A stretch of DNA of 64,000 nt from an uncultured bacterium (GCA_963720265.1 CAVRET010000002.1:392704-456703); one strand, 5' to 3'. Positions 39,020 to 50,176 are shown, numbered from the stretch's first letter. A program made the numbers and translations. The notes: generated by a model from the sequence alone, not told the origin.

Positions 39020-39061
39020 AAAGGCCGCCGCTGAGGCGACCTCTTTAGTGCTGGTATAGCT

Positions 39062-39310
39062 CTAGCGCTTGGCCAGAACCCACAAGCATCCGGCTGTCGA
39101 CAGCACGATCAGGGCATAGCCCAACCCCAACCCTACCGGCGAGCCCCACGAAAACCACGAGCCCCAGGACCGCCAATATTTCAAGGAGTCCTCGTGACTC
39201 CAGTTCTTGGCGCGATGCTCGTCGTGGACCTGTTTCAGCGACTTTTTCGCTTCCTCTTCCACGCTATTGTTCCTTTTACTACTTGCCGTAACATCCGCAC
39301 GATCGACCAC
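39062..39310 (-). CDS. Small membrane protein
   Basis: One TM near the C-terminus. Confidence 0.3.
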   Translation of the reverse strand: MVDRADVTASSKRNNSVEEEAKKSLKQVHDEHRAKNWSHEDSLKYWRSWGSWFSWGSPVGLGLGYALIVLSTAGCLWVLAKR

Positions 39311-39379
39311 ATGCCGATGTGCTCATATTCATGAAGACCACGTGCCCTGATAGCCGCGAGTCCGGCCGAGCGTTGCAAG

Positions 39380-39830
39380 GTGGATTTATATCAACCTATT
39401 AATATCATCTGCCAAAGAAAAGTCAAAACTCGTGTATGTGCTACCATAATGAAGCTCCGCCGCAAGCCTAAGGAGGCTGCTTTGACGAATGGTCCCGAGC
39501 GACGCCCCTTCCACCCCGAAGCCGGTGCGCTCATTCGCAATCCCGCAGGCCAACTCTTGCTCGTCCGCTACCGCGCCGAGCCGGGCCTATGGAGCGCACC
39601 GCGCATGCGTATCGGATGGGGCCATGAGCCCTAGGATGACGCGGTATTGGCTGCGCTCCTTCATGCCTGCGCGGACGTTGAGGTAATACATGCGCTGCAG
39701 TACGGAGACGACATCCGTCCTGCCAATGGTGTGCATCTGATCGTCTTTTGGTTTGAGTGCATACTCTTGGAGGACGACCATCAACCTACCGCACTCAAGC
39801 GTCCTCGAACAAATTTGGGCCCACCCCGCC
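39380..39830 (+). pseudogene. Nudix-like ORF interrupted by an in-frame TAG at the position where the Nudix-box Glu codon (GAG) is expected
   Basis: LIRNPAGQLLLVRY..GLWSAPRMRIGWGHEP*DDAVLAAL..; the reading frame continues past the stop. Confidence 0.3.
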
Positions 39831-39936
39831 CAAGTCCCGCTGCATCCGGCAGTTGTCGGAGCGGCACTAAGCCCAACTTTGTGCGTATGAGGCCGGGGCT
39901 AACCGCCCCGGCCCCTCACAATTTAGCGACCACTTT

Positions 39937-39963
39937 CTAGCACTCTTGACGTACGAGTGCCAG
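39937..39963. promoter_or_regulatory. CIRCE-like operator upstream of dnaK (cTAGCACTC-N9-GAGTGCcAg); an additional GAGTGCTAA half-site lies at ~40001
   Basis: One or two mismatches to the consensus. Confidence 0.65.
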
Positions 39964-40040
39964 CTTCCTACAATTGAAACAGTTCCAGCACCCGCATCGT
40001 AGGAGTGCTAAAATAACGTTTGAAATGGGAGATCCACAAG

Positions 40041-41957
40041 TTGGGTAAAATTATTGGAATCGATCTGGGCACTACCAACTCGGCCATGGCCGTTATGGAA
40101 GGCGGGCAGCCCACTATTATCGCTAACGCCGAGGGCGGCCGCACCACACCAAGCATGGTGGCGGTGAGCAAAAACGGCGAGCGCCTCGTGGGCCAAGTTG
40201 CCAAGCGCCAGTCCGTTATTAACCCGGACAACACTATCTTTAGTGTCAAGCGCCTCATCGGCCGCAGTTTCGACGATCCGGAAGTACAGCGTGACCTCAA
40301 GCTGCTGCCCTACAAAGTGGTGAAGGCAAACGGCGGCGTTAAGGTCAAAATGGGCGACAAAGACTACACGCCGGAAGAAATCTCGGCCATGATCCTAGCC
40401 AAGCTCAAAGCCGACGCCGAAAAATTCCTCGGCGGCCCGGTTACCGAAGCCGTCATCACTGTGCCGGCCTATTTCAACGACTCGCAGCGCCAAGCCACCA
40501 AAGATGCCGGTAAGATTGCCGGCCTCGAGGTCAAGCGCATTATTAACGAACCCACCGCCGCCGCTCTCGCCTACGGCCTGGACAAGAAAAACGAAGAAAA
40601 GATCGTGGTCTACGACCTCGGCGGCGGCACCTTTGACGTCTCCGTTCTCGAGCTCGGCGACGGCGTGTTTGAGGTCCGCTCCACCAATGGCGACACTCAC
40701 CTCGGCGGCGATGACTTTGACCAGGTCATCATGAGCCACCTGGTTGATGAGTTTAAGCGCGAGCAGGGTATTGACCTAAGCGTTGACAAAGCGGCTATCC
40801 AACGCCTTAAAGAAGCCGCTGAGAAAGCTAAAATCGAGCTCTCCACCACGACCGAGTCGGAAATTAACCTCCCATTCATTACCGCCGATGCGTCAGGCCC
40901 CAAGCACTTCACCTACACCCTCTCCCGGGCCAAGCTCGAATCGCTCGTGTCAGACCTTATCACGAAGACCGCCGGCCCCTGCCAGGCGGCTCTCAAAGAT
41001 GCCGGCCTGTCCAAAGACGAAATCAACGCCGTCGTGCTCGTGGGCGGCATGACCCGCATGCCGGCCGTCCAGGCCAAGGTCGAAGAGCTGTTCGGCAAAA
41101 AGCCGCTCCAAGGTGTCAATCCGGATGAAGTCGTAGCCGTGGGCGCCGCAGTGCAGGGCGGCGTCCTGGCCGGCGACGTTAAGGACGTACTGTTGCTCGA
41201 CGTCACCCCGCTCAGCTTAAGTATCGAAACCATGGGCGGCGTGGCTACCAAGATGATCGAGCGTAACACCACCATCCCCACCAGCAAATCCCAAGTCTTC
41301 TCCACCGCCGCCGACGGCCAGACCCAGGTCGAGATCAACGTTCTCCAGGGTGAGCGCGAGTTTGCACAGGATAATAAGTCGCTCGGCCGCTTCATCCTCG
41401 ACGGCATCGCTCCGTCCCCGCGCGGCATCCCGCAGGTTGAGGTCACCTTCAACATCGACGCCAACGGCATTGTAAACGTCAAAGCCGCGGACAAAGGCAC
41501 GGGCAAGGAGCAGCACATCACCATTCAAAACTCCGGCAACCTGTCCGAAGACGAGGTGAAACGCATGCAGCAAGAGGCAGAACAAAACGCCGAAGCCGAC
41601 TCCAAGCGCAAAATCTTGGTCGACGCCCGTAATCGCCTCGATTCCACCGTTTACACGGCCGAAAAAACCCTCAAAGACGCCGGCGACAAAGCTTCATCCG
41701 AAGACAAATCAGCGCTTGAGGAGGCCATAAAAGCCGCCAAGGCCCAACTCGAATCCGACGATAAAGACCTGCTCGAGCAGGAGGCTGACAAGCTCAGCGA
41801 AGCTATGCAAAAAGTCGGCGCCGCCATGTACCAAGAATCCAGCGCGCCCGGCGGCGAGCAAGCCGCCCCCGAAGTCGAGTCCACCGAGGACGAAGGCCAA
41901 ACCGGCGACTCCGGTCCGGTTGAAGGCGAGGTGGTTGACGAAGGCGGAGACAACTAA
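40041..41957 (+). CDS. dnaK: Chaperone DnaK (Hsp70)
   Basis: [17 protein letters not shown] and full-length Hsp70; a TTG start preceded by GGGAGA. An upstream in-frame TTG at 40020 is also possible. Confidence 0.95.
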   Translation: MGKIIGIDLGTTNSAMAVMEGGQPTIIANAEGGRTTPSMVAVSKNGERLVGQVAKRQSVINPDNTIFSVKRLIGRSFDDPEVQRDLKLLPYKVVKANGGVKVKMGDKDYTPEEISAMILAKLKADAEKFLGGPVTEAVITVPAYFNDSQRQATKDAGKIAGLEVKRIINEPTAAALAYGLDKKNEEKIVVYDLGGGTFDVSVLELGDGVFEVRSTNGDTHLGGDDFDQVIMSHLVDEFKREQGIDLSVDKAAIQRLKEAAEKAKIELSTTTESEINLPFITADASGPKHFTYTLSRAKLESLVSDLITKTAGPCQAALKDAGLSKDEINAVVLVGGMTRMPAVQAKVEELFGKKPLQGVNPDEVVAVGAAVQGGVLAGDVKDVLLLDVTPLSLSIETMGGVATKMIERNTTIPTSKSQVFSTAADGQTQVEINVLQGEREFAQDNKSLGRFILDGIAPSPRGIPQVEVTFNIDANGIVNVKAADKGTGKEQHITIQNSGNLSEDEVKRMQQEAEQNAEADSKRKILVDARNRLDSTVYTAEKTLKDAGDKASSEDKSALEEAIKAAKAQLESDDKDLLEQEADKLSEAMQKVGAAMYQESSAPGGEQAAPEVESTEDEGQTGDSGPVEGEVVDEGGDN

Positions 41958-42220
41958 TGCAAGAGAACACCGACACCGCCCAGCTCGAATTACTCGCCAA
42001 GATTCACAACCAACTCGTTGACCTTAAAAAGATTCTCGTCGAAATCGAATCCGTCCGGCCAGGCACACCACATGAGCTCCAAGCCCGCCTCCGTCAAATC
42101 GTTGCCGCCGACAAGCACATCGACGCAGCTTCCGGCGCCGCACCTGCCCGCCAGCACCAAACCATCGCACCCACCAACACCAACATCACGCCCGGTGAAG
42201 GCAAGGACAGCGAACGGTAA
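41957..42220 (+). CDS. Hypothetical small protein
   Basis: 87-aa ORF directly after dnaK. Confidence 0.3.
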   Translation: MQENTDTAQLELLAKIHNQLVDLKKILVEIESVRPGTPHELQARLRQIVAADKHIDAASGAAPARQHQTIAPTNTNITPGEGKDSER

Positions 42221-42223
42221 ACA

Positions 42224-43114
42224 GTGACCCATACGTCGCTTCAACTCCGCCGCCTCAAACCCACCGATCCAGATCTGGCCGTCATTGCTAATGAGCTCAA
42301 CGAAGCCGATTCCGAAATCTCGGTCAAAAACTTTAGCCCGGAGTCACTCCGCGTCTTTCTCTCAGATCCCGCACGCTTCTACCTTATCGGGCAGATCGAC
42401 AGCCACATAGCCGGCGCGGTCCACGGCTACCTGCTCGTCCATCCCACCGGCATCAAGTACCTCTACATAGACGAGGTCGATACAGTCGCTCAGTTCCGTC
42501 GCCAAGGCGTGGCCACTGCCCTCTTAAAGGAAACGTTCAATTACGCCCGCATCCTCGGCGCATCCGAAGTCTGGGTTGGTACCGAAGCCGACAACGAACC
42601 AGCTAAAAAGCTTTACCTCGGCCTCAAACCAGCTGAGGTCGTCAACGGCCCCATCTATACCTACAAAATCAGTGACCCCCAGCACGCCGTCAAGTACGTC
42701 CCCTATGCCATCCCAATTTCCTGCAAAGGTATCGTACTTGAAGATAACAAGGTCTGGTTGCGGCACAACGAGCGCGGCGAATGGGAGCTGCCGGGTGGCA
42801 AACTCGACCCCGGAGAGCAACCGGAGGAGACGGTTGAACGGGAAATGCACGAAGAGCTGGGCGTAAAAGTTCGTGTCGACCGCGTCGTCAGCAACTACCT
42901 GTACACCATTCAGGCCAGTATCGATGAAACGCGCGGTGTGCTCGTTGCCTGTTATGCTTGCCAGTTCATTGAGCGGGTTGGGGATGTTGAGCATATCGGC
43001 GAAGCCGGCCGAGCCACATTCAAGCAATTTGCACTCACTGAAATCAAAGGCCTTAAAATGCCGGAGTTCTACAAACAAGCCATTAATATAGCAAGTCATG
43101 AGTACACCAAATAA
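42224..43114 (+). CDS. GNAT acetyltransferase - NUDIX hydrolase fusion protein
   Basis: N-terminal GNAT motif (QFRRQGVATALL); C-terminal Nudix box GGKLDPGEQPEETVEREMHEELG. Confidence 0.7.
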   Translation: MTHTSLQLRRLKPTDPDLAVIANELNEADSEISVKNFSPESLRVFLSDPARFYLIGQIDSHIAGAVHGYLLVHPTGIKYLYIDEVDTVAQFRRQGVATALLKETFNYARILGASEVWVGTEADNEPAKKLYLGLKPAEVVNGPIYTYKISDPQHAVKYVPYAIPISCKGIVLEDNKVWLRHNERGEWELPGGKLDPGEQPEETVEREMHEELGVKVRVDRVVSNYLYTIQASIDETRGVLVACYACQFIERVGDVEHIGEAGRATFKQFALTEIKGLKMPEFYKQAINIASHEYTK

Positions 43115-43703
43115 CCAACTAAAATCCGATCTCCTGGCCGCTCTCGACCAGGCTGCACCGCCGCGCGGCATGACCACGAAAATCATCGCCATTGACGGCG
43201 GCGGGGGAGCGGGCAAAACCACCTTTGCGGAAACGCTATCCGGGTGGCTGAGCGGCGCGCCCATCGTTATCACCGACGATTTCGCCTCCTGGGGCAACCC
43301 GCTCGACTGGTGGCCGCGCCTGCTCGAGCAAGTGCTTGAGCCGCTGGGCAAAAACGAACCCGCCCATTATCAGCGTTACGATTGGGGCAAACTCGAGCTC
43401 GCCGAGTGGCACGACCTGGCGCCCGGCGGCACGGTTATTCTCGAAGGCGTCTCATCATTGCGCCAGGAATTCCGGCCCTACCTTGCTTATCGCATCTGGA
43501 TCGAAGCCCCGGCCAGCCTCCGTCTCGAGCGCGGCGTCGCCCGCGACCGCGGCATCGAAGGTGAAGATAATCGCGAACGCTGGGTGAAATGGCAGGCCGC
43601 CGAAGAAGAACATTTTGCGCAAGATCAACCGCAAGCGGCCGCCGCCCTCATCATTGAAGCCGATACTCATTATCACTTTACCGCCAACCGAGGCCAAAAA
43701 TGA
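43098..43703 (+). CDS. P-loop nucleoside/nucleotide kinase-like protein
   Basis: Walker A IIAIDGGGGAGKTTFAETL; overlaps the upstream gene by 17 nt. Confidence 0.55.
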   Translation: MSTPNNQLKSDLLAALDQAAPPRGMTTKIIAIDGGGGAGKTTFAETLSGWLSGAPIVITDDFASWGNPLDWWPRLLEQVLEPLGKNEPAHYQRYDWGKLELAEWHDLAPGGTVILEGVSSLRQEFRPYLAYRIWIEAPASLRLERGVARDRGIEGEDNRERWVKWQAAEEEHFAQDQPQAAAALIIEADTHYHFTANRGQK

Positions 43704-43806
43704 CCACATTCATCACATTGACAACCCGCCGTCTGGCGGCTAATCTTAACCCAAGCCACCCCGCTTGGAGTCCAGCCTCGCGGGGCTTTTGTATAGGAGG
43801 GTCCGT

Positions 43807-44451
43807 ATGATTGTCTACGTTGACGGCGAAAACGTCGTTCACCAAATAATGGATGCGCTCAAGCGCACCGGCCGCGAAAGCTTGCGCGAAGAGCTTCTAA
43901 CCGTTGATATGGCCGGGCTCATTCGCCACCTCGTGCGCAAAAAAGACCTGACCATCAAGTACTACGCCACCACCCTGCAGGTCGTGAAAACCGACGCCGA
44001 GGTCGAGCAGCGCAGCCGCGATATGATCGCCTGGACCGCACGCTGGGTTAACCATTTAACCAACCAAGGTATCGAAGTTATCAAGGCTGGCAAATTGATG
44101 GCTAGAGAGGGGATTGTGTGTAAAAACTGCGGCTATCAACAAACCGTTTTTCGCGAAAAAGGCGTCGACGTGCGCCTGGCCGTCGATCTGGTGGTCGACG
44201 CCGAAGACGAAAAACTGCTCGTTGTCTGGAGCTCAGACGCCGACCTGCTCCCTGCCGTCCAAGTCGCCAAAGACCGCGGTGCCCGCGTTAAGAACCTGGC
44301 TCACAAAGACGCCCTCAACTGGGCTCTCGCCCGCCAGTGCGGTGAGTGGCAGACCTTCACCGATGCCGAATTAATTAAACTCGTGAGCAAGGCCGAGCCT
44401 CCGCTTGACGTAATCCAGGAAGAAAAAGCCAACCATGGCGACCAAACGTGA
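43807..44451 (+). CDS. NYN-domain (LabA/YacP-like) putative RNase with a CxxC zinc ribbon
   Basis: [23 protein letters not shown] and SSDADLLP motifs; an AGGAGG RBS 8 nt upstream of ATG 43807. Confidence 0.65.
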   Translation: MIVYVDGENVVHQIMDALKRTGRESLREELLTVDMAGLIRHLVRKKDLTIKYYATTLQVVKTDAEVEQRSRDMIAWTARWVNHLTNQGIEVIKAGKLMAREGIVCKNCGYQQTVFREKGVDVRLAVDLVVDAEDEKLLVVWSSDADLLPAVQVAKDRGARVKNLAHKDALNWALARQCGEWQTFTDAELIKLVSKAEPPLDVIQEEKANHGDQT

Positions 44452-45556
44452 TTATTATGAAATTTTGGGCGTGAGCAAATCGGCCTCAGCCGATGAAATT
44501 AAGCGCGCCTATCGCAAGCTCGCGCTCGAGCACCACCCCGACCGCCACGGCGGTGACGACTCAAAATTCAAGGAAGTCGGTGAGGCTTACGAGGTCTTAA
44601 AAGACCAGCAAAAGCGCACCGCCTATGATCAATTCGGGCACGCCGGTGCACAGGGCAATCCATTTGGCGGCGGGCAAGGTGCCGGCGGGGCAGCCGGCTT
44701 TGGCGGTTTTGATTTTAACAATGCCCAGAGCTTTGATTTTGGCGATATTCTGCGTGACTTCATGGGCGGCGGCATGGGCCAGCAGCGCCCCAGCGGCCCG
44801 CCCACCGGCCGCGACCTCGAAACCCACGTTACCATCAATTTTCAAGAAGCGGTCTTTGGAACGGAAAAATCCATCACCATCACCCTCGACGACACCTGTG
44901 AGCACTGCCACGGCTCAGGCGCCGAACCCGGCACCAAGAAGAAAACTTGCCCCACCTGCCAAGGCCGCGGCCAAGTTACGCGCACACAACAAACCATCCT
45001 CGGCGCGATTCAACACACCGCCACCTGCCCGACCTGCCACGGCTCTGGCCAGGTTCCCGAAACCGAGTGCAAGGTCTGCCACGGCTCCGGAGTGCAGCGC
45101 CGCCAGCGCACGCTAACCGTCAAAATCCCGGCCGGCGTCGACGACCACGCCACCATCCGCCTCTCGGGCCAAGGCGCTGCGCCCAAAGGAGGCGGCGCCA
45201 AGGGCGACTTGTTCGTGCAGATTCGCGTTCGCTCCGACTCGCGCTTTGTCCGCCGCGGCCGGGAGATTCTCTCCGAAGCTACCATTCCTATGGTTGCGGC
45301 CGCGCTCGGCACCGAAATCCCGGTCGAGACTGTCGACGGCCCGCTCACGCTCAAAATCCCGGCCGGCACCCAATCCGGACGCACCTTCAAGCTATCCGGC
45401 CACGGTGTTCCCGGCCTCGGCCGCAGCACTGCCCGTGGCGATCACCTCGTCACTGTCACCGTCGAAATCCCCACCAAGCTCTCCGCCAAGCAGCGCGAGC
45501 TCCTCGAGCAATTCGCCAATGAATCCGCCGGCAAAAAAGGCTTCTTTCACCGCTAA
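44435..45556 (+). CDS. dnaJ: Chaperone DnaJ
   Basis: J domain with HPD, G/F-rich region, four CxxCxGxG repeats. Confidence 0.95.
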   Translation: MATKRDYYEILGVSKSASADEIKRAYRKLALEHHPDRHGGDDSKFKEVGEAYEVLKDQQKRTAYDQFGHAGAQGNPFGGGQGAGGAAGFGGFDFNNAQSFDFGDILRDFMGGGMGQQRPSGPPTGRDLETHVTINFQEAVFGTEKSITITLDDTCEHCHGSGAEPGTKKKTCPTCQGRGQVTRTQQTILGAIQHTATCPTCHGSGQVPETECKVCHGSGVQRRQRTLTVKIPAGVDDHATIRLSGQGAAPKGGGAKGDLFVQIRVRSDSRFVRRGREILSEATIPMVAAALGTEIPVETVDGPLTLKIPAGTQSGRTFKLSGHGVPGLGRSTARGDHLVTVTVEIPTKLSAKQRELLEQFANESAGKKGFFHR

Positions 45557-45565
45557 CTGGAAAGC

Positions 45566-45871
45566 TTGCGCATGAACCCACCTCTGCCAGACAATCCCAC
45601 CCCGTCCAATCCTGTCGGGCTGGCCAAACGTCAGCTGCGCTTCATGGTCATCTCCACCGGCCTCCTCGCCGTGCCGCAGCTCGACCGAATCTGGCATTCC
45701 ACGGTAATCTTTGAGTTTATCGGCCTCTTCTCAGTCCCCACCGGCCTTATTCTCACGGCTGCCATCACCTGGAGTGTTCGCCGCCGCTGGCAAGACCATG
45801 GCCTGCTCATTGCCGTCGCCGCACTCAACCTCATCCTTGTCCTCGCTCTGGTTCCGCTTATGCTACGATAA
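45566..45871 (+). CDS. Small membrane protein
   Basis: Three TM helices. Confidence 0.35.
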   Translation: MRMNPPLPDNPTPSNPVGLAKRQLRFMVISTGLLAVPQLDRIWHSTVIFEFIGLFSVPTGLILTAAITWSVRRRWQDHGLLIAVAALNLILVLALVPLMLR

Positions 45872-46117
45872 AACCGTGAAAGCCATCCGGACCGTAAGCC
45901 ACATCGTAAGCCTGGTAGCGCCTTGCGTGGTGTTCGGCGCGCTCCTATTCTTCACCTATTACTCACTCGTTATCTACAAGTCAACTGGGCACGTCGCCTG
46001 CTATTCATCGCCCATTGCCCGCCAAACCGATGTCGCCGTGCACGTGGTACGCCAATGGTTTGGCCGCGAAAGCAATCTCTACCAACCCTGCCCATCAGGA
46101 AACCAAGGAGCCGCCGG

Positions 46118-47305
46118 ATGAAAATCGAGCGCATCGAGCTCGGCTACTGGTACCCGCTCACCACCCTGCATCTGGCTGAAATCCAAGACTTTTTTGCCGC
46201 CCATCGCACGCCGCCGCATTTGAATGCCGCCAAACTCACGGCCCTGCGTTCCAAGCTCGGCATTAAAAGTTCCGAACTCAAGCTTGGCGAACTCGAATAT
46301 ATCGACATGGTGGCCACCTCAGACATTCGCGTACGCGTATTCGAAGATGGGCTCGTCACGGTCTCCGACGACCACACTATGCTGCGCCGCGATATCCAGG
46401 AGCTCACTAACTACTTCGACCGCTCCTACCAGCCGGCCATGAGCTACCTCTTTAGTGTCGGGGCGCCGCAGCCCAAAGAGCTTGCGGGCATGAACTATGA
46501 ATCGCCGGTCTTTGTTGTAACCCGCGGCGCCTCCCGCGCGCAGGCCGTCGCCATTCTAAAAGAGCTCGACCAAACCCTCGAATTCGAGCTCGACACCAAA
46601 GACATGGAGCTCTACCGCGGCGGCGAATTCTTCGTCGTCAACGCCAAACCCCACTTCACCGGCACCGAAGAGCTCATCGAAACCTGGATCTATTTCAAAG
46701 AGTTCAAAAGCCAGCTCCACCATTACATGAATCTCCACCGTTCGATTTGGGAACGCATCGAAGCCATTAAAGAAGAGCGCTACATCTCGGGCTGGCAAGT
46801 CAAAACCCAGCGCACCAGGCTCGAGTCCTACAAGAAAACCATTGAGCTCATCGAGGCCCGCATCAGCCAGATGGATCTCTATATTAGCTCTCGCAACCAT
46901 GTCGCAACCTCACGCGGTTGGGATTCCTACCTCTCCGACGTGCTACAGTTCCGCTATACCAACCTCGAACACAGTCACGATTACGTCAAATCGCTCTGGA
47001 CTATGACCCGCCAATACGTCGACTCGGCCATCCAGCTCATGTCCGAGATCAACGCGCAGAGCACCAAAACCTCTGTCCAGACTCTTACCGTTATCTCCAG
47101 CATTGGCGTCATCTCCAATGTCATCACGTATCTTAGCCTCACCAAGCTGCCCAAATTCAGCCACGTCGGCATCCGGTATTTCCTTATCCTGCTGACCGCC
47201 GCGTTGCTCGTGAATGCCGCAGTTGCCGTTATCTACCGCACCATGCGCTACCGCATTAACGCCACCGAGCTGGCCAAAGACCTGCACAAATTCCGCCGCA
47301 AATAG
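46118..47305 (+). CDS. Hypothetical membrane protein with a large cytoplasmic helical domain and two C-terminal TM helices (CorA-like topology, no GMN motif)
   Basis: AAGGAG RBS; hydrophobic segments near the C-terminus. Confidence 0.45.
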   Translation: MKIERIELGYWYPLTTLHLAEIQDFFAAHRTPPHLNAAKLTALRSKLGIKSSELKLGELEYIDMVATSDIRVRVFEDGLVTVSDDHTMLRRDIQELTNYFDRSYQPAMSYLFSVGAPQPKELAGMNYESPVFVVTRGASRAQAVAILKELDQTLEFELDTKDMELYRGGEFFVVNAKPHFTGTEELIETWIYFKEFKSQLHHYMNLHRSIWERIEAIKEERYISGWQVKTQRTRLESYKKTIELIEARISQMDLYISSRNHVATSRGWDSYLSDVLQFRYTNLEHSHDYVKSLWTMTRQYVDSAIQLMSEINAQSTKTSVQTLTVISSIGVISNVITYLSLTKLPKFSHVGIRYFLILLTAALLVNAAVAVIYRTMRYRINATELAKDLHKFRRK

Positions 47306-47366
47306 CTCTCGTCCGGGAGTGGTATACTGTAGCCAACCATAAGCGCATACGAAAAACCCCAAAACT

Positions 47367-47876
47367 ATGGTCCTCGCCACCATGCCCACACCCCAAATGC
47401 CCGCACTGAACACTACCACGGTGATCATCGCCATTCTGGTAGTCGCGGCGGTTTATGGCTTGGTGGCCGGTAAACAACGTCTGCGCATCCTCATTTTAAG
47501 CATCTATGTTGGCATCGTACTGGCTGAGCAATTTGCCAGTCCGCTCGCACCATCCCTGCGTATGATCGGAACTGATCAAATCAGCTGGCTGCTCTTAGGT
47601 CTGCCCATTTTGCTCTTTGGCTTCTTCGGCGTCACTCATGCAAAGCACCATCCCAAGGGCTCAGCTATCGCCAACCTGATCGTGGGCTTGCTCGCCGGCT
47701 GCCTCATCGTCTCCAGCGCCATCCGCTTGCTGCCGATAAGCGAAATGGCTGGGGTAAAAAACAGCTCATTCCTGGCTCTCAATCTTGAGCAGTTTCACCT
47801 CTTCTTCCTCGGCGGGCTGCCGCTTGTGGTACTCCTCCTCGGCTGGTTCATGAAAGGCGAGCACAAAAAAGATTAA
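47367..47876 (+). CDS. Membrane protein
   Basis: 4-5 TM helices. Confidence 0.4.
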   Translation: MVLATMPTPQMPALNTTTVIIAILVVAAVYGLVAGKQRLRILILSIYVGIVLAEQFASPLAPSLRMIGTDQISWLLLGLPILLFGFFGVTHAKHHPKGSAIANLIVGLLAGCLIVSSAIRLLPISEMAGVKNSSFLALNLEQFHLFFLGGLPLVVLLLGWFMKGEHKKD

Positions 47877-47952
47877 TTGATTTTAGCCCGGTATAACGCC
47901 TATAATTCCACCTCGGGCGCAGGCTGCACAGATACCCCTAGGAGGTACCGGC

Positions 47953-48447
47953 ATGCCGGAAGAAGCATCATTGAAGGAAACGGCCCGAACCGCCATCAAG
48001 GCGCTCGTGGCAGCGCTGAGCGATCGCCAGGACGGTGTCATTGCGGAAGTCACTGTGATCCAGGCCGTCGACCCGCTCCTCATGCCCGACGAGCAGTTCA
48101 TGTGGTTCGACGACAACACCGGCGACAGAGCCATGACGAATCGCGCGGAAGTCGCCACATTCCTGGGCCAGTGGCTCGCGGCCTTCCCGGATCTGCAAGC
48201 CGAGTGGACTGCCCCAGAGGCTGCCCAAATCACCGACGACGGCTACTTCGAATGCGAGCTCGCGTTCACCGGCACGCATCAAGGCCCCTTCGCGCTCGGC
48301 GGCTCTGAGCTCATGCCTGCCGGAGCCAAACTGAGTTTTTCTGCTGTACTCGCCGGGCAAGTCCAAGCCGACGGCCGGTTCGACTACATCGAGACCGGGT
48401 TCAACTACGGCGACGTCAGAAGCGTAATCGAAGCCGCCGCTAAGTAG
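47953..48447 (+). CDS. SnoaL-like ester cyclase family protein
   Basis: FTGTHQGPFALGGSELMPAGAKLSF and GRFDYIETGFNYGD resemble the ester-cyclase consensus. Confidence 0.55.
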   Translation: MPEEASLKETARTAIKALVAALSDRQDGVIAEVTVIQAVDPLLMPDEQFMWFDDNTGDRAMTNRAEVATFLGQWLAAFPDLQAEWTAPEAAQITDDGYFECELAFTGTHQGPFALGGSELMPAGAKLSFSAVLAGQVQADGRFDYIETGFNYGDVRSVIEAAAK

Positions 48448-48590
48448 GCACGTTCAACCCCGCAACCTGCGCCCAACCCTGGTACGCCGGCCGTTCATCA
48501 TGAGCCGCCGGCGTACCAGCAGCGTTGCCAGAACGGTCGATTTAGGTTAAAATTAGGTGGTTATCATTCTGCCCGCAGTCCACATCACGC

Positions 48591-48667
48591 GGGCCCATAG
48601 CTCAGTTGGTTAGAGCAGCTGCCTTTTAAGCAGCGTGTCGTGGGTTCGAGTCCCACTGGGCCCTCCA
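48591..48667 (+). tRNA. tRNA-Lys (anticodon TTT) with encoded CCA
   Basis: Acceptor gggccca/tgggccc, anticodon arm gctgc-cuUUUaa-gcagc, T-arm gtggg-ttcgagt-cccac. Confidence 0.9.
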
Positions 48668-48742
48668 GGAATTATTCTTCATAAACCAACTTGCGCCACC
48701 GACCTGCGTCGAGGGCAAGTCAGTGGCGCGAAAGTGAGGCAA

Positions 48743-49210
48743 TCAGGCTTCCTGAAGATATCCCCCCCAGAACTGGCTGACCTGATACTCCTCGATCGCT
48801 ACCAGCATCCGGACTCGGCCTTCCGGCCAGATCCTGAAATTTGCCCCGCCGATTGTGGCATCGACCAGCCGGCCGAGCATTGCCACGTGCAAGTACGCGA
48901 TCCCCTCGCCCTCTTGCGTCAGCAGGAGCCCCAGCAGTTCATTCATCTGCTCGATAGTGGCCTGGGCCACAACGGTGTCGATGCCCGGGAAATACATCTG
49001 CGCGCCGGCGCAATCCCTGCACAGCCGAGGCACCGGTGCTGCTGCTCCCTCCCGTAGGCCCTGGGGCCTAAGGCACAGCCCGCAGCAGTGGTTCTGGGTG
49101 GGGTGATCTAGGTCCACGTCGGCCATGTGGACCAGCTCGCCGGCTCGAAGCCGTGCCATCCTGTGCAGCTCTCGCAAGGCCATGTCAGCGGTCACGGGTC
49201 CATCTGTCAT
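48743..49210 (-). CDS. Hypothetical Cys-rich protein
   Basis: HCCGLC....CRDC cluster; 155 aa. Confidence 0.35.
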   Translation of the reverse strand: MTDGPVTADMALRELHRMARLRAGELVHMADVDLDHPTQNHCCGLCLRPQGLREGAAAPVPRLCRDCAGAQMYFPGIDTVVAQATIEQMNELLGLLLTQEGEGIAYLHVAMLGRLVDATIGGANFRIWPEGRVRMLVAIEEYQVSQFWGGYLQEA

Positions 49211-49316
49211 CTAGACCTCTTTTCGGCTCGGGTGCGACTATTATAGCCTACTGCAATAAGGTAACTTCCATGCAACGCGTAAGCGTAAGCACATTGATTA
49301 GGCTATACTGCTTGGT

Positions 49317-50153
49317 ATGGGAGACCCCAGCAACGTAATGCTCGTCATTGCCGTCGGTTCAACCCTGGCGGCCGTGCTACTCTACGGTGTTGGCGCGGTC
49401 TATCAGCAAATCGGCGCCAAGCAGGTGCCGGAGCAAACCGAATTCAACGTCCTCATCATGGCGCAACTGCTACGTCAGCCATACTATGCCGTTGGCATTA
49501 TTTGCGGGCTCGTTGGTTGGGCGTTGTCGCTGATCGCGCTTCGCTCACTGCCGCTGTTTCTCGTACAATCGGCTCTAGCGGCCAGCGTGGCCGTGACAGC
49601 TGTGTACGCCGGCTATCACTATCACGTCAAGCTGCCGGTTTCCGACCGCCTGGCAATCGGCGGGTTGGTGGTGGGTATTGCCGCGCTCACCGCCGCCGCC
49701 TTACCCGGCCCGGCCCGGCCCACTGACCCCAATTTTATTACCGGTCTCACCCTGGCACCGATCGCCATCGGCCTGGCTGCCAGCGTCGTTTTGGGCAGTC
49801 TCAAAAAGCACCAGGGCCCCCGGGCCCTGGCTGCCATCGCCGGTATTTGCTTTAGCGGCGCTGCCCTCGGTGCCCGCGCCATCACCCTGCCAAGCCACCT
49901 GGCTCTCCTGGCCGCAAGTCCGCTGGCCTGGGCAGTACTGGCCTATACGGTGGTCGGCGCCATCACCTTCGCTGGTTCACTGCAGCGCGGTTCAGCCGCC
50001 AACACCGCGGCCGTATCGCATGCCGGGGAAATCTCCATCCCTACCATTTTAGGCATAACTTTCTTGGGCGAAGGCGTGCGGCCTGGATTCTGGCCTGCCA
50101 TTGTTATCGGCTGCCTTGTGATCATAATGTCGGTGCGCCAGCTCTCAGCTTGA
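49317..50153 (+). CDS. Multi-TM membrane protein (DMT/EamA-like)
   Basis: ~10 predicted TM helices. Confidence 0.4.
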   Translation: MGDPSNVMLVIAVGSTLAAVLLYGVGAVYQQIGAKQVPEQTEFNVLIMAQLLRQPYYAVGIICGLVGWALSLIALRSLPLFLVQSALAASVAVTAVYAGYHYHVKLPVSDRLAIGGLVVGIAALTAAALPGPARPTDPNFITGLTLAPIAIGLAASVVLGSLKKHQGPRALAAIAGICFSGAALGARAITLPSHLALLAASPLAWAVLAYTVVGAITFAGSLQRGSAANTAAVSHAGEISIPTILGITFLGEGVRPGFWPAIVIGCLVIIMSVRQLSA

Positions 50154-50176
50154 CTTAAGCAATAACTCGGCGTACC

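Noticed and set aside
39587-39784. Minus-strand 65-aa ORF between grpE and dnaK
   Set aside because: It overlaps the Nudix-like frame and has no supporting signals.
44947-45522. Arg/Pro/His-rich 191-aa ORF inside dnaJ
   Set aside because: It is in an alternative frame of the DnaJ gene with an extreme basic low-complexity composition, so it is a shadow ORF.
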